A stretch of DNA of 64,000 bases from a virus: IMG/VR virus record IMGVR_UViG_3300018080_000170, positions 6,394-70,393 of that record. One strand, 5' to 3'. The position numbers were made by a program, and so were the translations under genes. Each line of letters opens with the position of its first letter. The first letter of the stretch is position 1. The notes below the pieces were generated by a model. It was not told the DNA's origin. It saw only the letters and a list, made by a program, of their open reading frames with translations, and searched no databases. Shown one piece after another: positions 1-9,029 of this stretch.

Positions 1-1
1 A

Positions 2-535
2 AAAGAGCTAGCTATGGGGATCAAAGTCGAAATGGAGCATACAAAGGATAAGGCAAAGGCTAAAGAGATCGCAAAAGATCATTTGGCAGAATTTGCTGAT
101 TATTACACGCGCCTGAAGGCAATGGAAAAGAAGGCTGAAAAGGAAAAGAAAGAGGTTAAAAAGGCCGCCATCGTTGTCAAAGATCCTAAAGATAGGGATA
201 GAGCATTTGAGATCGAGACGACTAAAGAAGGTAAGAAAAAACTTGTTCTACCTCGTCCTCAGGATGGAAAAGGCTCAATGCAAGGCGAACGCGGTAGGGG
301 AATGGGGTCTGGTAAAGGAAAGAATAAGATTAAGGGATGTAAGCTTCTTAATGCAAATGATGATATATCAAGACAAAAGAGGAAGAAAATTTTTAAATCA
401 ATTTTAAAGGAGGTTAAAAATAGGTTCCCGGAAATGGATTATCAAACAATAGTTGATATTACCATGAAAAGATGGGAAAAGAGACTTCTAGAGGAAGATT
501 CAGATACGACGTCTGAGTCCGATAACAAACAATAA
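2..535 (+). CDS. 5'-truncated protein with DUF5661-like domain, probably the C-terminus of a head-assembly (prohead protease region) protein
   Basis: Frame is open from base 2 (KELAMGIKVEMEHT...EIAKDHLAE...YYTRL, the DUF5661 signature); lies directly upstream of scaffold and capsid genes. Confidence 0.6.
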   Translation, partial: KELAMGIKVEMEHTKDKAKAKEIAKDHLAEFADYYTRLKAMEKKAEKEKKEVKKAAIVVKDPKDRDRAFEIETTKEGKKKLVLPRPQDGKGSMQGERGRGMGSGKGKNKIKGCKLLNANDDISRQKRKKIFKSILKEVKNRFPEMDYQTIVDITMKRWEKRLLEEDSDTTSESDNKQ

Positions 536-551
536 AAGGAGAAAGGTGAAC

Positions 552-1184
552 ATGTCTGATCTTGAGAAGACCAAGCTTGAAGAGCAGGAAAAGGTCGAAG
601 AGACTGTGACTGACGAAGAGCTTGAGAAATCCATCGATGATCTTATCGATGAGTACCTCGAGAGCGAAGAGAAGGCTGAGGCCGATTCCGCTGACGAAGA
701 GACCGGCGAAGAGCAGGTTGAGAAGTCCGAGGAAGGAGCCGAGGAAGAGCCTGAAGAGACTCCTGAATCTATCGAAATCTCAGTTGAAGATCTCCAGTTG
801 CTGAAAGCTGCAAAAGAGCAGAAGGCAAAGGAAGAGTCAGCTAAGAAGGAAGAGGAATTCAAGAAATCAATTCAGGACATCGTTCAAGAGGAAATCAAAG
901 ATCTCCGAGAAGCAGTCAGTGAGCTGACTAAAGCCCTTCGTGCACCCAAGTCTAGCCGCCAGTCGGTTAGTAAGGTGAACGAGGTTAAGAAGTCATTTCA
1001 TACGGCTGCTGAGAACGAAGGGACAAAGAAGATTTCTAAGTCCCAGGTTCTTGACACAATGGAAGAGCTTTGGAAGGCCGGAAAAATTTCCGGTGCCTCA
1101 CTAAGTGGTTATGAAGCAACCTCTCAGATTCTTGATCCCAAGGATCGCGAAGTTGTTGAAAATGCAATCAGAGAGTCAAAGTAA
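552..1184 (+). CDS. Capsid scaffolding protein
   Basis: Very acidic and coiled-coil, immediately upstream of the MCP; AGGAG RBS; repeated xKS motifs. Confidence 0.7.
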   Translation: MSDLEKTKLEEQEKVEETVTDEELEKSIDDLIDEYLESEEKAEADSADEETGEEQVEKSEEGAEEEPEETPESIEISVEDLQLLKAAKEQKAKEESAKKEEEFKKSIQDIVQEEIKDLREAVSELTKALRAPKSSRQSVSKVNEVKKSFHTAAENEGTKKISKSQVLDTMEELWKAGKISGASLSGYEATSQILDPKDREVVENAIRESK

Positions 1185-1198
1185 GGGAGTATTAATCA

Positions 1199-2665
1199 AT
1201 GGCAAATAACAACCCTTCTTCGTTGACTGGTTTTGGAGCCGATGCTCCCCAGCTTCTCGAAGAGATCACCAAAGCGTTAAGCTTTGCGAATCAAAATTAT
1301 TCGGATACGTTGCCGGGTGATTTTACAGGTGCTCCCGCTCTTCAGGTTGAATCACTCGACAAGACTCTGAGAGTGGTTACCCATGAGCAAAAGCATCTGC
1401 TTCTTTGGAATGATATTCCGAAGACTCCTGCATACAACACGGTTGAGCAGGCCAATACGAATAACAGTTATGGCGCACAGATTCCAGCCTTCTTTCAGAT
1501 GGCAGGAGCTCCAGAAACTGCGGATTCTGGCTACGATCGAAATGTGGTGCAGATTAAGTACTTGGGCGTTCAGAAACAGATCAATCATGACGTTATGCTG
1601 GTTAGGCAAGCTCATGGTCCGATCGTTCAAAGAGAGATCAAAAATGGAGCTCTCTGGATTCTGGCACAGCTCGAGCGCGCTCTCTTTTCAGCCGACAGTT
1701 CCATCAATGGCCTAGAGTTTGATGGTATTGATAAACAGGTTGAGGATAAAGAGGGTCAGGCTGAGTTTAAAGCTCAGGCCTTTGATGGCTACAATGTGCT
1801 GAGTGGCGCAGATACCATCATTCTCGATAAGCGAAATGATCTCCAGAGTGGAGAGGTTTTGGATGAGGAAATCCTCGAAGAGGCCGCTCTCGTTCAGGCG
1901 AACAATTTCGGTATGTGCACGGATATGTACATGGATACGAAAGCTCACAGTGACTTCAGCCGTGCTTTCTATGCTAAGGAGCGCATCAATACGCTCGGTA
2001 TGGAAGGAAAAGCTGGTTATGTTGTGAAGCAGTTCGTTTCCGGTTCCGGCACTTTTAATCTTAAGTCTGGTGTGTTCCAGCGACCTCGCCGAATCCCGTT
2101 GGCGGCAGCTGTTTCATCTGAATCAGCTCCTACCCTTCAGGACGCGAATGCTGGTGACAATAGCCCGGCTTCTGGCGATTCTCAGTTTGCGGCCGTTGAC
2201 GCTGGTCAGTACCAGTATAAGGCTTCTGCTGTTTATGCTGATGGTGAAACGTTGGCAGGCGGCGCGAAGGCTGTTACTCCGGCAGCTGGCGACAAAGTCG
2301 TGCTAGATATTCTGCCAGGTTCGAACCCCAGTGGCGTTCAGTATTTCAATATCTTTCGTTCACCAAAAGGTAGCGCGGCTACTTTTGAGTTTATCGGTCG
2401 TGTGAAACCTGAGAATTTCCACGCTGGTGATGGTGATTTTCGTGATCTGGATATTGATCTTAACGCTGATATGCCAGGTTTGTCTCGCGCTTATCTCATG
2501 CAGATGAACGAAGACAACCTTGCGTTCAAACAGCTTCTTACTATGATGAAGATCGATCTTGCATTGCTTGGTACGAACTATCGATGGATGCAGCTGCTTT
2601 ATGGTGCGCTTCATATGTATACACCTCGCAAGAATTGTATCGTGAAGAACATCGGGCGTTCATAA
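1199..2665 (+). CDS. Major capsid protein (SPO1/Twort-like, HK97 fold)
   Basis: 488 aa; ALQVESLDKTL..W.DIPK..AYNTV and the C-terminal YGAL..YTP.K...KN motif resemble Herelleviridae-type MCPs; followed by a terminator. Confidence 0.9.
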   Translation: MANNNPSSLTGFGADAPQLLEEITKALSFANQNYSDTLPGDFTGAPALQVESLDKTLRVVTHEQKHLLLWNDIPKTPAYNTVEQANTNNSYGAQIPAFFQMAGAPETADSGYDRNVVQIKYLGVQKQINHDVMLVRQAHGPIVQREIKNGALWILAQLERALFSADSSINGLEFDGIDKQVEDKEGQAEFKAQAFDGYNVLSGADTIILDKRNDLQSGEVLDEEILEEAALVQANNFGMCTDMYMDTKAHSDFSRAFYAKERINTLGMEGKAGYVVKQFVSGSGTFNLKSGVFQRPRRIPLAAAVSSESAPTLQDANAGDNSPASGDSQFAAVDAGQYQYKASAVYADGETLAGGAKAVTPAAGDKVVLDILPGSNPSGVQYFNIFRSPKGSAATFEFIGRVKPENFHAGDGDFRDLDIDLNADMPGLSRAYLMQMNEDNLAFKQLLTMMKIDLALLGTNYRWMQLLYGALHMYTPRKNCIVKNIGRS

Positions 2666-2696
2666 TCTAGAATCTAATCGTTAGATTCATATAAAC

Positions 2697-2734
2697 GGGA
2701 AGGGGATTAGCTTTAGTGGCTGATCCCCTTTTCC
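2697..2734 (+). terminator. Intrinsic terminator after MCP
   Basis: AGGGGATTAGC/GCTGATCCCCT stem followed by T-run. Confidence 0.8.
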
Positions 2735-2753
2735 TGTATAATGAGGATGGAGG

Positions 2754-3029
2754 ATGAAGATGGGTAAAGAATTCTGGGAAAAGCAATATAAGAAGTGGGG
2801 ATATTCAGGTTGTTATATTCTTGACCTATCGCTAGATGAGCATGAAAAACGGGCGCAAAAGATAGGTCCAAAAGAATGCATGTATACATGTTGGGGATTA
2901 GAGTTTGAAATGGGGGAAGATGGAGATCCATTTTACTGGGAGCTAGATTACGATGGCAAAAAGAAATACAAACAAGTCTACAAAATCTACAAGCGTTATT
3001 CCGAAGTATCGCCAGGTTCTTTTTCTTGA
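2754..3029 (+). CDS. Hypothetical protein
   Basis: ORF with GGAGG RBS. Confidence 0.55.
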   Translation: MKMGKEFWEKQYKKWGYSGCYILDLSLDEHEKRAQKIGPKECMYTCWGLEFEMGEDGDPFYWELDYDGKKKYKQVYKIYKRYSEVSPGSFS

Positions 3030-3525
3030 TATTGATGGTGTCCTCAATTCACATCAAAGTGAAGTAATGTATATGAATCTCCACGATCCGATTCCTTCTA
3101 GCTGGGATCAGCGCCCATGTCCGATTGCACTTGGCAATCTAGTGAAGATTCTCAAAGATTGTCCGGATGTTGTGATTATTATTTCAAGTGCTTGGCGCTA
3201 TTGGAAAAACTTGAAAGAGCTGAAAGAAATGTTTACCGAATGGATCGGAAAGGAATATGCTAAAAGAATCAAAGGAACTACTCCTGTTACAGATATTCGA
3301 ATAGATGGAAGTGAGTATAGAGGGTCGTGTATTAAGAAGTGGATTGAGAAAAATGGGATGCCGTCAAAGTTTATTATTCTAGACGATAATAGCGACATGG
3401 AGCCATATATGGACCATCTCCATAAAACGTGCTCCCTTCATGGTCTTCAGCTTGGAGACGCTTTCATTATTGTAGAATACTTTACAGGTAAGCCATATTA
3501 TAATGGACCGAAAACAGTTATTTAG
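2953..3525 (+). CDS. HAD-superfamily phosphatase (RNA-repair-associated HAD type)
   Basis: FLDIDGVLN motif I, ISSAWR, and ILDD motif. Confidence 0.8.
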   Translation: MAKRNTNKSTKSTSVIPKYRQVLFLDIDGVLNSHQSEVMYMNLHDPIPSSWDQRPCPIALGNLVKILKDCPDVVIIISSAWRYWKNLKELKEMFTEWIGKEYAKRIKGTTPVTDIRIDGSEYRGSCIKKWIEKNGMPSKFIILDDNSDMEPYMDHLHKTCSLHGLQLGDAFIIVEYFTGKPYYNGPKTVI

Positions 3526-3533
3526 AGGATGTT

Positions 3534-3656
3534 ATGATTCGATGGGCTTGTAAACAGATTTGGGATTTTTGTGAATATTGGGAAATTAGTTTAGGGCGAT
3601 TGGCACCATACGTTTTTGGAGGTATGATAGGTCAATGGCCAAAGAGGGTTAAATGA
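3534..3656 (+). CDS. Small 40-aa protein missing from the ORF track (MIRWACKQIW...PKRVK)
   Basis: GAGGA RBS; fills the gap exactly; ATGA overlap with the next gene. Confidence 0.65.
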   Translation: MIRWACKQIWDFCEYWEISLGRLAPYVFGGMIGQWPKRVK

Positions 3657-3880
3657 AATACTTTTTAGTAAGGCAGTCAAATGAGGAAAGAGTAGACGAG
3701 GAGGAATTCAATACCAGAGCAGAAGCTATGCAGCATCTTGATCGGCTTAGGAAGAAATATTTGACAATTATACGATCTCTGCGAATGAGAGGAAAAAAGG
3801 ATAAGGCCGATGAGGCAATGGACGCTTTAGAAGAAATCATTATTGCAGAAAGACAAGATATTGAGCCTATTGAGAGATAA
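3653..3880 (+). CDS. Hypothetical protein
   Basis: Translationally coupled ORF. Confidence 0.65.
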   Translation: MKYFLVRQSNEERVDEEEFNTRAEAMQHLDRLRKKYLTIIRSLRMRGKKDKADEAMDALEEIIIAERQDIEPIER

Positions 3881-3881
3881 C

Positions 3882-4103
3882 ATGAAGCTTTTGACTCTTA
3901 CATTAATAGTAGGATTTATGTTTATTCCCAAACATATTCATTGTAAAAGTGTGGTATTAAAAACAAAGAAAAACACCAACCATACGATTCGAAACATTGA
4001 CATTACATCGCCTCAGAAGTTGCCAAGTGAGATTAAGATTGAAATTAACATAGATGAATTATTGAAGAAAAACAATAATAAAAAGGTGATTAGATATGAA
4101 TAA
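3882..4103 (+). CDS. Hypothetical protein with N-terminal hydrophobic segment
   Basis: ATG directly after the previous stop; MKLLTLTLIVGFMFI. Confidence 0.55.
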   Translation: MKLLTLTLIVGFMFIPKHIHCKSVVLKTKKNTNHTIRNIDITSPQKLPSEIKIEINIDELLKKNNNKKVIRYE

Positions 4104-4785
4104 AGAAAATACAAAAAAATTACTTAAGCGCTTCCCACTCATGTATCGAGGTTATTATAAGAATATGCGCCAAACTTGTATGTGTTGGGGCTTTAGTTGT
4201 GGCGATGGCTGGTTTGATCTCTTGTGGATGCTTAGTTTGGCTATTGAGGATGAGCTTAAAAGGAATTGCGGACACACCTGGCTTAAGGTTCGATGGGGAC
4301 TCTTAAGGGCATGGTTTGCTCGTAAGTGGAATTGGCTTGTGTTTAGACAGCCAAAATGGCTCTATCGAAAAACAGATTTTGGACCCATTGCTCGCGGTAT
4401 TATGTGGTCAGATTCAGGAGTATTTGAAGTTACTCAGGTAAAAGAGAAGTTTGGTGGTTTGCGCTTTTATACTCAGGCCTGCAATAGTAGAATTCATAGT
4501 CTTATTAGTCTCGCTGAGAGAGCTTCATATAATACGTGCGAACAATGCGGTAAATATGGTAGGCTGCGTGGCCATGGCTGGTTATATGTAAGCTGTAATG
4601 AACATGCGAGAGAAGGTGATAGAGACGAGGATCTCAAGGCGGAGAGAGAACCTACAGAGAACCTGTTGGAACAGGCGTTGGCAATGCTAGGCAAACCTGA
4701 AGAAATAGCAAAACAAGATGCTCCCCAAGGTTGGGCGATTATGATGAAAAAGCTGATTGATAAGATTGAGGACCTGATTTACTAG
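4096..4785 (+). CDS. Conserved phage hypothetical protein with Zn-ribbon
   Basis: GDGW, QVKEKFGGLRFY and CEQCG motifs seen in many phage proteins. Confidence 0.7.
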   Translation: MNKENTKKLLKRFPLMYRGYYKNMRQTCMCWGFSCGDGWFDLLWMLSLAIEDELKRNCGHTWLKVRWGLLRAWFARKWNWLVFRQPKWLYRKTDFGPIARGIMWSDSGVFEVTQVKEKFGGLRFYTQACNSRIHSLISLAERASYNTCEQCGKYGRLRGHGWLYVSCNEHAREGDRDEDLKAEREPTENLLEQALAMLGKPEEIAKQDAPQGWAIMMKKLIDKIEDLIY

Positions 4786-4787
4786 AA

Positions 4788-5030
4788 ATGGACGTCAAAG
4801 AAGAAATATATAGGCTACAAAAACGAGTCAATGAATATCATCAAAAGGTCGAACGAATCCTTGGCTATACAAAAGGAGTTCTTTGGTTTGAAACGCCAAA
4901 TCCGCTTCTTGGAGGAATCACGCCTCTTGATATGATTAAGATGGGAAGACATGAAAAGCTATTTAAATTTATTGACAACCAAATAGCCGAAGGCGGATGG
5001 GAAAAAGATGATGCAAAACACAACGATTAG
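4788..5030 (+). CDS. Stand-alone Xre/MbcA/ParS antitoxin toxin-binding domain protein
   Basis: WFETPNPLLGGITPLDMI matches the W..PN..LGG..P..L signature. Confidence 0.7.
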   Translation: MDVKEEIYRLQKRVNEYHQKVERILGYTKGVLWFETPNPLLGGITPLDMIKMGRHEKLFKFIDNQIAEGGWEKDDAKHND

Positions 5031-5238
5031 ACAGCACATAAAAAGCTGGAGAGCTGAACAACAGGATAATTATAGGACTGTTTGCTTATGTGGAATGTCA
5101 GATTGGAATTATGTATGTGATAAGTTTAATTCAGTTTATCACTGTAATAATTGTGGACGAACAACTTGGATTGATTTAAGAACTGGCGGAGTTAGTGTTA
5201 TTGCTAAAGGGCTGAAATGGGATCAGATTAAGAAGTAG
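5008..5238 (+). CDS. Small Zn-ribbon protein
   Basis: CLCG...CNNCG. Confidence 0.55.
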   Translation: MMQNTTIRQHIKSWRAEQQDNYRTVCLCGMSDWNYVCDKFNSVYHCNNCGRTTWIDLRTGGVSVIAKGLKWDQIKK

Positions 5239-5339
5239 CAACACTTGTCAGGGCCTTCTGCTCAAAAATACAAAGAGCGCAGACCGTCCTTGAGCTGCAA
5301 AAATTACTAAAACAGGTGGCGTGGACAAGGTAGTTGCTG
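5236..5339 (+). ncRNA. Three-way-junction structured RNA candidate, copy A
   Basis: Stems TTGTC/GACAA, AGGGC/GTCCT, GCTGC/GTGGC with junctions TGA and GTG; homologous copy at 15257-15344. Confidence 0.65.
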
Positions 5340-5358
5340 TATAAAGAAAGTAGGGGAT

Positions 5359-5541
5359 ATGGTGAAAAAGCTACATTGTGATATTTGTGACAAATGCAGG
5401 AAAGTATTAGATTACAACCAGATAATTAAACCAATTGTGATACGAGGAAGAAAAGGCCCATATCATTATTGTTCCATGAAGTGTTGTCAAGAGCATGAAG
5501 AAGAGCGTAACGAGAATGAGAAGGTCACGTTTGAAGAATAA
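5359..5541 (+). CDS. Small Cys-rich (TRASH-like) protein
   Basis: CDKC...YCSMKC; RBS present. Confidence 0.55.
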   Translation: MVKKLHCDICDKCRKVLDYNQIIKPIVIRGRKGPYHYCSMKCCQEHEEERNENEKVTFEE

Positions 5542-5761
5542 TCATCCTAAATGGGATGATAACTTCAAAGATATGACTGTAAGACAGGCTAACTGTATTC
5601 GCAAGATGAGGGTGGAATATAACTGTTCTTGGCGGGTGGTAGCTGGAATTTGCGATGGCTTTTGGAATGGTAACTGGGGAGAAAATCAAATTGTCGGAAT
5701 GGATATTTGTAAGAGGGCAATGGAAGTATTAGGCCAAACTTGGGAAGACTGGGGAGAGTAA
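5495..5761 (+). CDS. Hypothetical protein (start uncertain)
   Basis: ORF in the operon. Confidence 0.55.
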   Translation: MKKSVTRMRRSRLKNNHPKWDDNFKDMTVRQANCIRKMRVEYNCSWRVVAGICDGFWNGNWGENQIVGMDICKRAMEVLGQTWEDWGE

Positions 5762-5762
5762 G

Positions 5763-6266
5763 ATGAGGTACATTAAACAAAAGGATACTTATAGTTGCGG
5801 GCCAATTGCTTTAATTAATGCTATGAAGTGGGCGGGCTTCAATTATACTTACAAAGATCTAAAACGAATGCAAAGGCTTTGTAAGTGCAAGTATCCAAAT
5901 GGAACTCATTGGCGAGATATGACTAATGCTATCAGAGATATGTCAAAGCTTATGACCACTACTCGTAAGAATTGGCCGCTTATTCTTGATATTATTAAGC
6001 ACCTGGAGAAGGATGGTGTTGTTATTCTTGCATATAAGAGAGATCCTAAGCATGTTGGGCATTATATTTTGATTACAGATTATGATAAAGAAAAACAAGA
6101 GTTTAAAGTAGTTAATGCTGGTCGTCCTTGTACCCGCACGACATCAAAGATGAAAAAAGATACTCTTGATAATATTATTAAACATCGATATATGAAGAAT
6201 CGCCGCCCACATTTTCCGGCAGCATGGTTTATCAGATTTAAAGTAATGAGGAGAGAGGCAGCATGA
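5763..6266 (+). CDS. C39-like cysteine peptidase
   Basis: Q.....SCGP (catalytic Cys), GHYILI (His), then VVN. Confidence 0.75.
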   Translation: MRYIKQKDTYSCGPIALINAMKWAGFNYTYKDLKRMQRLCKCKYPNGTHWRDMTNAIRDMSKLMTTTRKNWPLILDIIKHLEKDGVVILAYKRDPKHVGHYILITDYDKEKQEFKVVNAGRPCTRTTSKMKKDTLDNIIKHRYMKNRRPHFPAAWFIRFKVMRREAA

Positions 6267-6466
6267 AAAAAAACCAAGAAAAACGTAGAGTTAGAGCTCT
6301 TGAGCGAGCTCGCAAATACCTCAATGATCCCAACCACATACCTAAATGCTGTACTAAGCTAGATAAGAGCTCAGAAGAGTTTAAATTAGCACTAAAACAG
6401 TATAGAAATCAATTATCCAATGAAATCAAAGTATTAGAGGAGCGTACAAAAAACGTTACTTCTTGA
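6263..6466 (+). CDS. Hypothetical protein
   Basis: ATGA-coupled ORF. Confidence 0.55.
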   Translation: MKKNQEKRRVRALERARKYLNDPNHIPKCCTKLDKSSEEFKLALKQYRNQLSNEIKVLEERTKNVTS

Positions 6467-6476
6467 CAAAAAGTTC

Positions 6477-6505
6477 TTGCCTTTTTCTGCGAAATCAGCT
6501 ATAAT
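6477..6505 (+). promoter_or_regulatory. Sigma70-type (early) promoter
   Basis: TTGCCT-17 nt-TATAAT, followed by a strong GGAGG RBS. Confidence 0.75.
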
Positions 6506-6529
6506 ATAAGAAAGAGGGGAGGACATCAT

Positions 6530-6886
6530 ATGAATACAATCACTCGTAAACGGATTCAGAACGGTCACAGGGTCGATGTTGAATTCAAACGCATTGGTTG
6601 GTTTCATGTGAACGAGGAGACGGTTTTTACGCGCACCTATGAGGTTGCGGCCTGGTATACGAACATTGCAGTTCAGCCGGGTTGGTATCCTGTCTATCAA
6701 CAGCGACCGGGCGAGGATTTCTTCGTCGAGATGCCTGGCGTAGTTGTTGGGTCGGATTTCACCTCGCTTTTTTGCGGCAATCGAGTTGGGAGCAAGGTGA
6801 ATGAAGATGTTGGGAAGGAAGATGTCTATGTTTTGAGTGGTTGGAATTTTCAGCTTAAAACGCGTAATGAGATTACGCTTGACTAG
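6530..6886 (+). CDS. Hypothetical (putative early) protein
   Basis: Strong RBS downstream of the promoter. Confidence 0.75.
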   Translation: MNTITRKRIQNGHRVDVEFKRIGWFHVNEETVFTRTYEVAAWYTNIAVQPGWYPVYQQRPGEDFFVEMPGVVVGSDFTSLFCGNRVGSKVNEDVGKEDVYVLSGWNFQLKTRNEITLD

Positions 6887-6897
6887 GAGGAGGGAAT

Positions 6898-7086
6898 ATG
6901 AAAAATAACTATCACCAGTCAGAAGTTTGGAGAGGCGAGAATACTCGCGGTCATTTTGTCCAGATTCTTAAGCTCAATGAAAAAACGTTTTATGTCCGGG
7001 TTGATCGTCATGTGGATAGTGAGTATAAAACGTTTAAGAGTTATGATGAGGCCGCCCGGTTTGCAGAAAAAGCGATTGCAAGTTAG
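6898..7086 (+). CDS. Hypothetical protein
   Basis: GGAGG RBS. Confidence 0.7.
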   Translation: MKNNYHQSEVWRGENTRGHFVQILKLNEKTFYVRVDRHVDSEYKTFKSYDEAARFAEKAIAS

Positions 7087-7097
7087 GAGGGGATGAG

Positions 7098-7388
7098 ATG
7101 AGAGATTTTATTGAGATTGGTCCCGTTCCGGCTGATGAGCCTTGTGCCCAGGTTGGTGAGGAGAATTATCGTGAGAAGGCTTATAAAGAGTGTGCGCGGT
7201 TTATTGAGCTGATTCGCACTAAACTCGGTCCCGAGCCGAAGAAGGCGCGTTTGGCAATTAAAGCTTTTCCGCATGACTTTGGGACCTATCACGAGGTTGT
7301 GTGCTATTTTGACACTCACAATTCAGAGTCGGTTGATTATGCATTTCGATGTGAGAGCGATGCACCGACAACATGGGAGGCTGCGTGA
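7098..7388 (+). CDS. Conserved phage hypothetical protein
   Basis: GP.P..E.CAQVG and HDFGTY.EV motifs; AGGAGG RBS. Confidence 0.75.
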   Translation: MRDFIEIGPVPADEPCAQVGEENYREKAYKECARFIELIRTKLGPEPKKARLAIKAFPHDFGTYHEVVCYFDTHNSESVDYAFRCESDAPTTWEAA

Positions 7389-7540
7389 AGAAATATCGAT
7401 ATCGTTTTGGCGAAGACGATTATTGGACGACTGTTGATAACCCGTGGGATGTTGATCTCAGTTATATGTTCATAGGGGGAGTTTGTATAGTTGAGTGTAT
7501 CGAGGTGGACGAAGAGAAGGAGGAGAGTGCTGGCGAGTAG
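7385..7540 (+). CDS. 51-aa acidic protein missing from the ORF track; its stop codon lies inside tRNA-Asn
   Basis: GTGA coupling, GGAGG RBS, open to TAG at 7538-7540. Confidence 0.55.
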   Translation: MKKYRYRFGEDDYWTTVDNPWDVDLSYMFIGGVCIVECIEVDEEKEESAGE

Positions 7541-7603
7541 TTCAGTTGGTAGAACGCCTGGCTGTTAACCAGGAAGTCGCAGGTTCGAGCCCTGCCTCGC
7601 CAG
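7531..7603 (+). tRNA. tRNA-Asn(GTT), CCA not encoded
   Basis: Full cloverleaf: TGGCGAG/CTCGCCA, GTTC/GAAC D arm, CCTGG-CTGTTAA-CCAGG, GCAGG-TTCGAGC-CCTGC. Confidence 0.95.
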
Positions 7604-7626
7604 CAGTTTTTAGAGGAGGAAAGGAA

Positions 7627-7815
7627 ATGACAAGCAAGAGTTTTCTTACCGTCTCTCTGACGAAGACAGAGATTCAAGTTTTCGATGTAACGCGAGGGGA
7701 GTTTGTTCTTAAGGTCCCGCGTGAGGGTAACGAGGACTTGATTGAGCGTTTTGGTCTCAGCGAGGAGAGCGCCACACTTCAGATCATCGAGAACACAGAG
7801 GAGGAGATTGCATGA
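7627..7815 (+). CDS. Hypothetical protein
   Basis: ATG with GGAGG RBS after the tRNA (the ORF-track start lies upstream of the tRNA). Confidence 0.7.
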   Translation: MTSKSFLTVSLTKTEIQVFDVTRGEFVLKVPREGNEDLIERFGLSEESATLQIIENTEEEIA

Positions 7816-8006
7816 AGCACAAAATCACATACGCAATTTCAAGCGAGCTTGAAGAAACTCTTAATAAGATTACCGCTAATGATGGAGATGTAATTTCTGT
7901 CTTGGATAATGGTACAGTTGAGCGTCACGTGTTTACCGGGATGCCGAAAGAAACTTGTCGAGAGTTCATGATTGTCTACCGGCAGTTTGAGGAGGGGGAT
8001 TTTTAA
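7812..8006 (+). CDS. Hypothetical protein
   Basis: ATGA-coupled, RBS present. Confidence 0.7.
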   Translation: MKHKITYAISSELEETLNKITANDGDVISVLDNGTVERHVFTGMPKETCREFMIVYRQFEEGDF

Positions 8007-8035
8007 AACGGTATAATGAATTATAGGAGGAGGTA

Positions 8036-8251
8036 ATGAGAGTATTGTTAGTTGTTTGGGGCCTATTGACGGGCTTTTTGCTTGTGAAGGTTATCACTCT
8101 GTATATTGACAATGTGCAGTTAGAGGTTCGATATAGTATGGCATGGGATGCATTTAAGTGTTGTGCAAAGAATTTGACACCGACCGGCGCCCTTGGAACG
8201 AAAGAGTGTTGGGACGAGGCAGCAAGAAAATATTTGAAGGAGGAAGAGTAA
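8036..8251 (+). CDS. Small membrane-anchored protein
   Basis: N-terminal hydrophobic helix; AGGAGG RBS. Confidence 0.65.
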   Translation: MRVLLVVWGLLTGFLLVKVITLYIDNVQLEVRYSMAWDAFKCCAKNLTPTGALGTKECWDEAARKYLKEEE

Positions 8252-8556
8252 TGAAGGCTAAGACAGTTAAGGTTTCGGTCCCAGCTGAAACATACGCTGA
8301 GATCGAAGCCCAGCTTAAAAAGGATGTAAAGAAACAACTTACCACCCTCGAGCGTCAGGTAAAGAACAAAGAGGCTACAATTAATCGCCTTAAGAATAAA
8401 ATCAATGAGCTTCAGGGTAATCAACGAGAAGTTGTTGAAAAAGCCCATAAGATTGTCCAAGCTTTTAGTCAGCTTACAGCGCTACAGGAATTGGCTGAGG
8501 AGTGGTTGGGAAAGAAGTATAAGCTTGAGGAAAATAATGAGGAGGATTACTGGTGA
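8251..8556 (+). CDS. Coiled-coil hypothetical protein
   Basis: TAATG coupling; heptad pattern. Confidence 0.65.
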   Translation: MKAKTVKVSVPAETYAEIEAQLKKDVKKQLTTLERQVKNKEATINRLKNKINELQGNQREVVEKAHKIVQAFSQLTALQELAEEWLGKKYKLEENNEEDYW

Positions 8557-9029
8557 AAATTAAAAAAGTAGATTGGTATTGCTTCAACCATGAGAAAGTT
8601 TATGAGAAGTTTGAAGGCGATTTGAAGTTTATCAATGAGTTTTGTGTTAGAGGCTGGTATCAGCCTGTTGCTGTTTATCGCAATTCTAATCCCAATCGTG
8701 AGAAGAATCATAAAGATTATATGCTTCTATTTATGGACTATGAGTATACCTTCTTTGGTCCAGAAGAAGAGGCGCCAAGACGTCTTATTGTATCTGGAAT
8801 GGATGCAGATGAAATGGAAAAATATCGCTATCAGGGGGCTGTTCATTGCTTGGAATGTGATACAGTCTTGTATAGTATTAATAGACACCACTACCATACA
8901 TGTGATTGTCCGAATAAGGCAATGGTAGATGGTGGAAAAGATTATTTGAAATATGGCTCAAAGAATGGCGCGATTAGAGTTGTTAAGCTTGACCTATTGA
9001 CTAATACGATTGTAGAGGATAAAGAATGA
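8553..9029 (+). CDS. Phage Zn-binding hypothetical protein
   Basis: C..C...S..RH....C.C....VDGG.DY motif common in phages. Confidence 0.7.
   Translation: MKIKKVDWYCFNHEKVYEKFEGDLKFINEFCVRGWYQPVAVYRNSNPNREKNHKDYMLLFMDYEYTFFGPEEEAPRRLIVSGMDADEMEKYRYQGAVHCLECDTVLYSINRHHYHTCDCPNKAMVDGGKDYLKYGSKNGAIRVVKLDLLTNTIVEDKE

Noticed and set aside
7495-7626. ORF-track N-terminal extensions through the tRNA (and at 11399 through the structured RNA)
   Set aside because: Better starts with strong RBS lie downstream, at 7627 and 11474.
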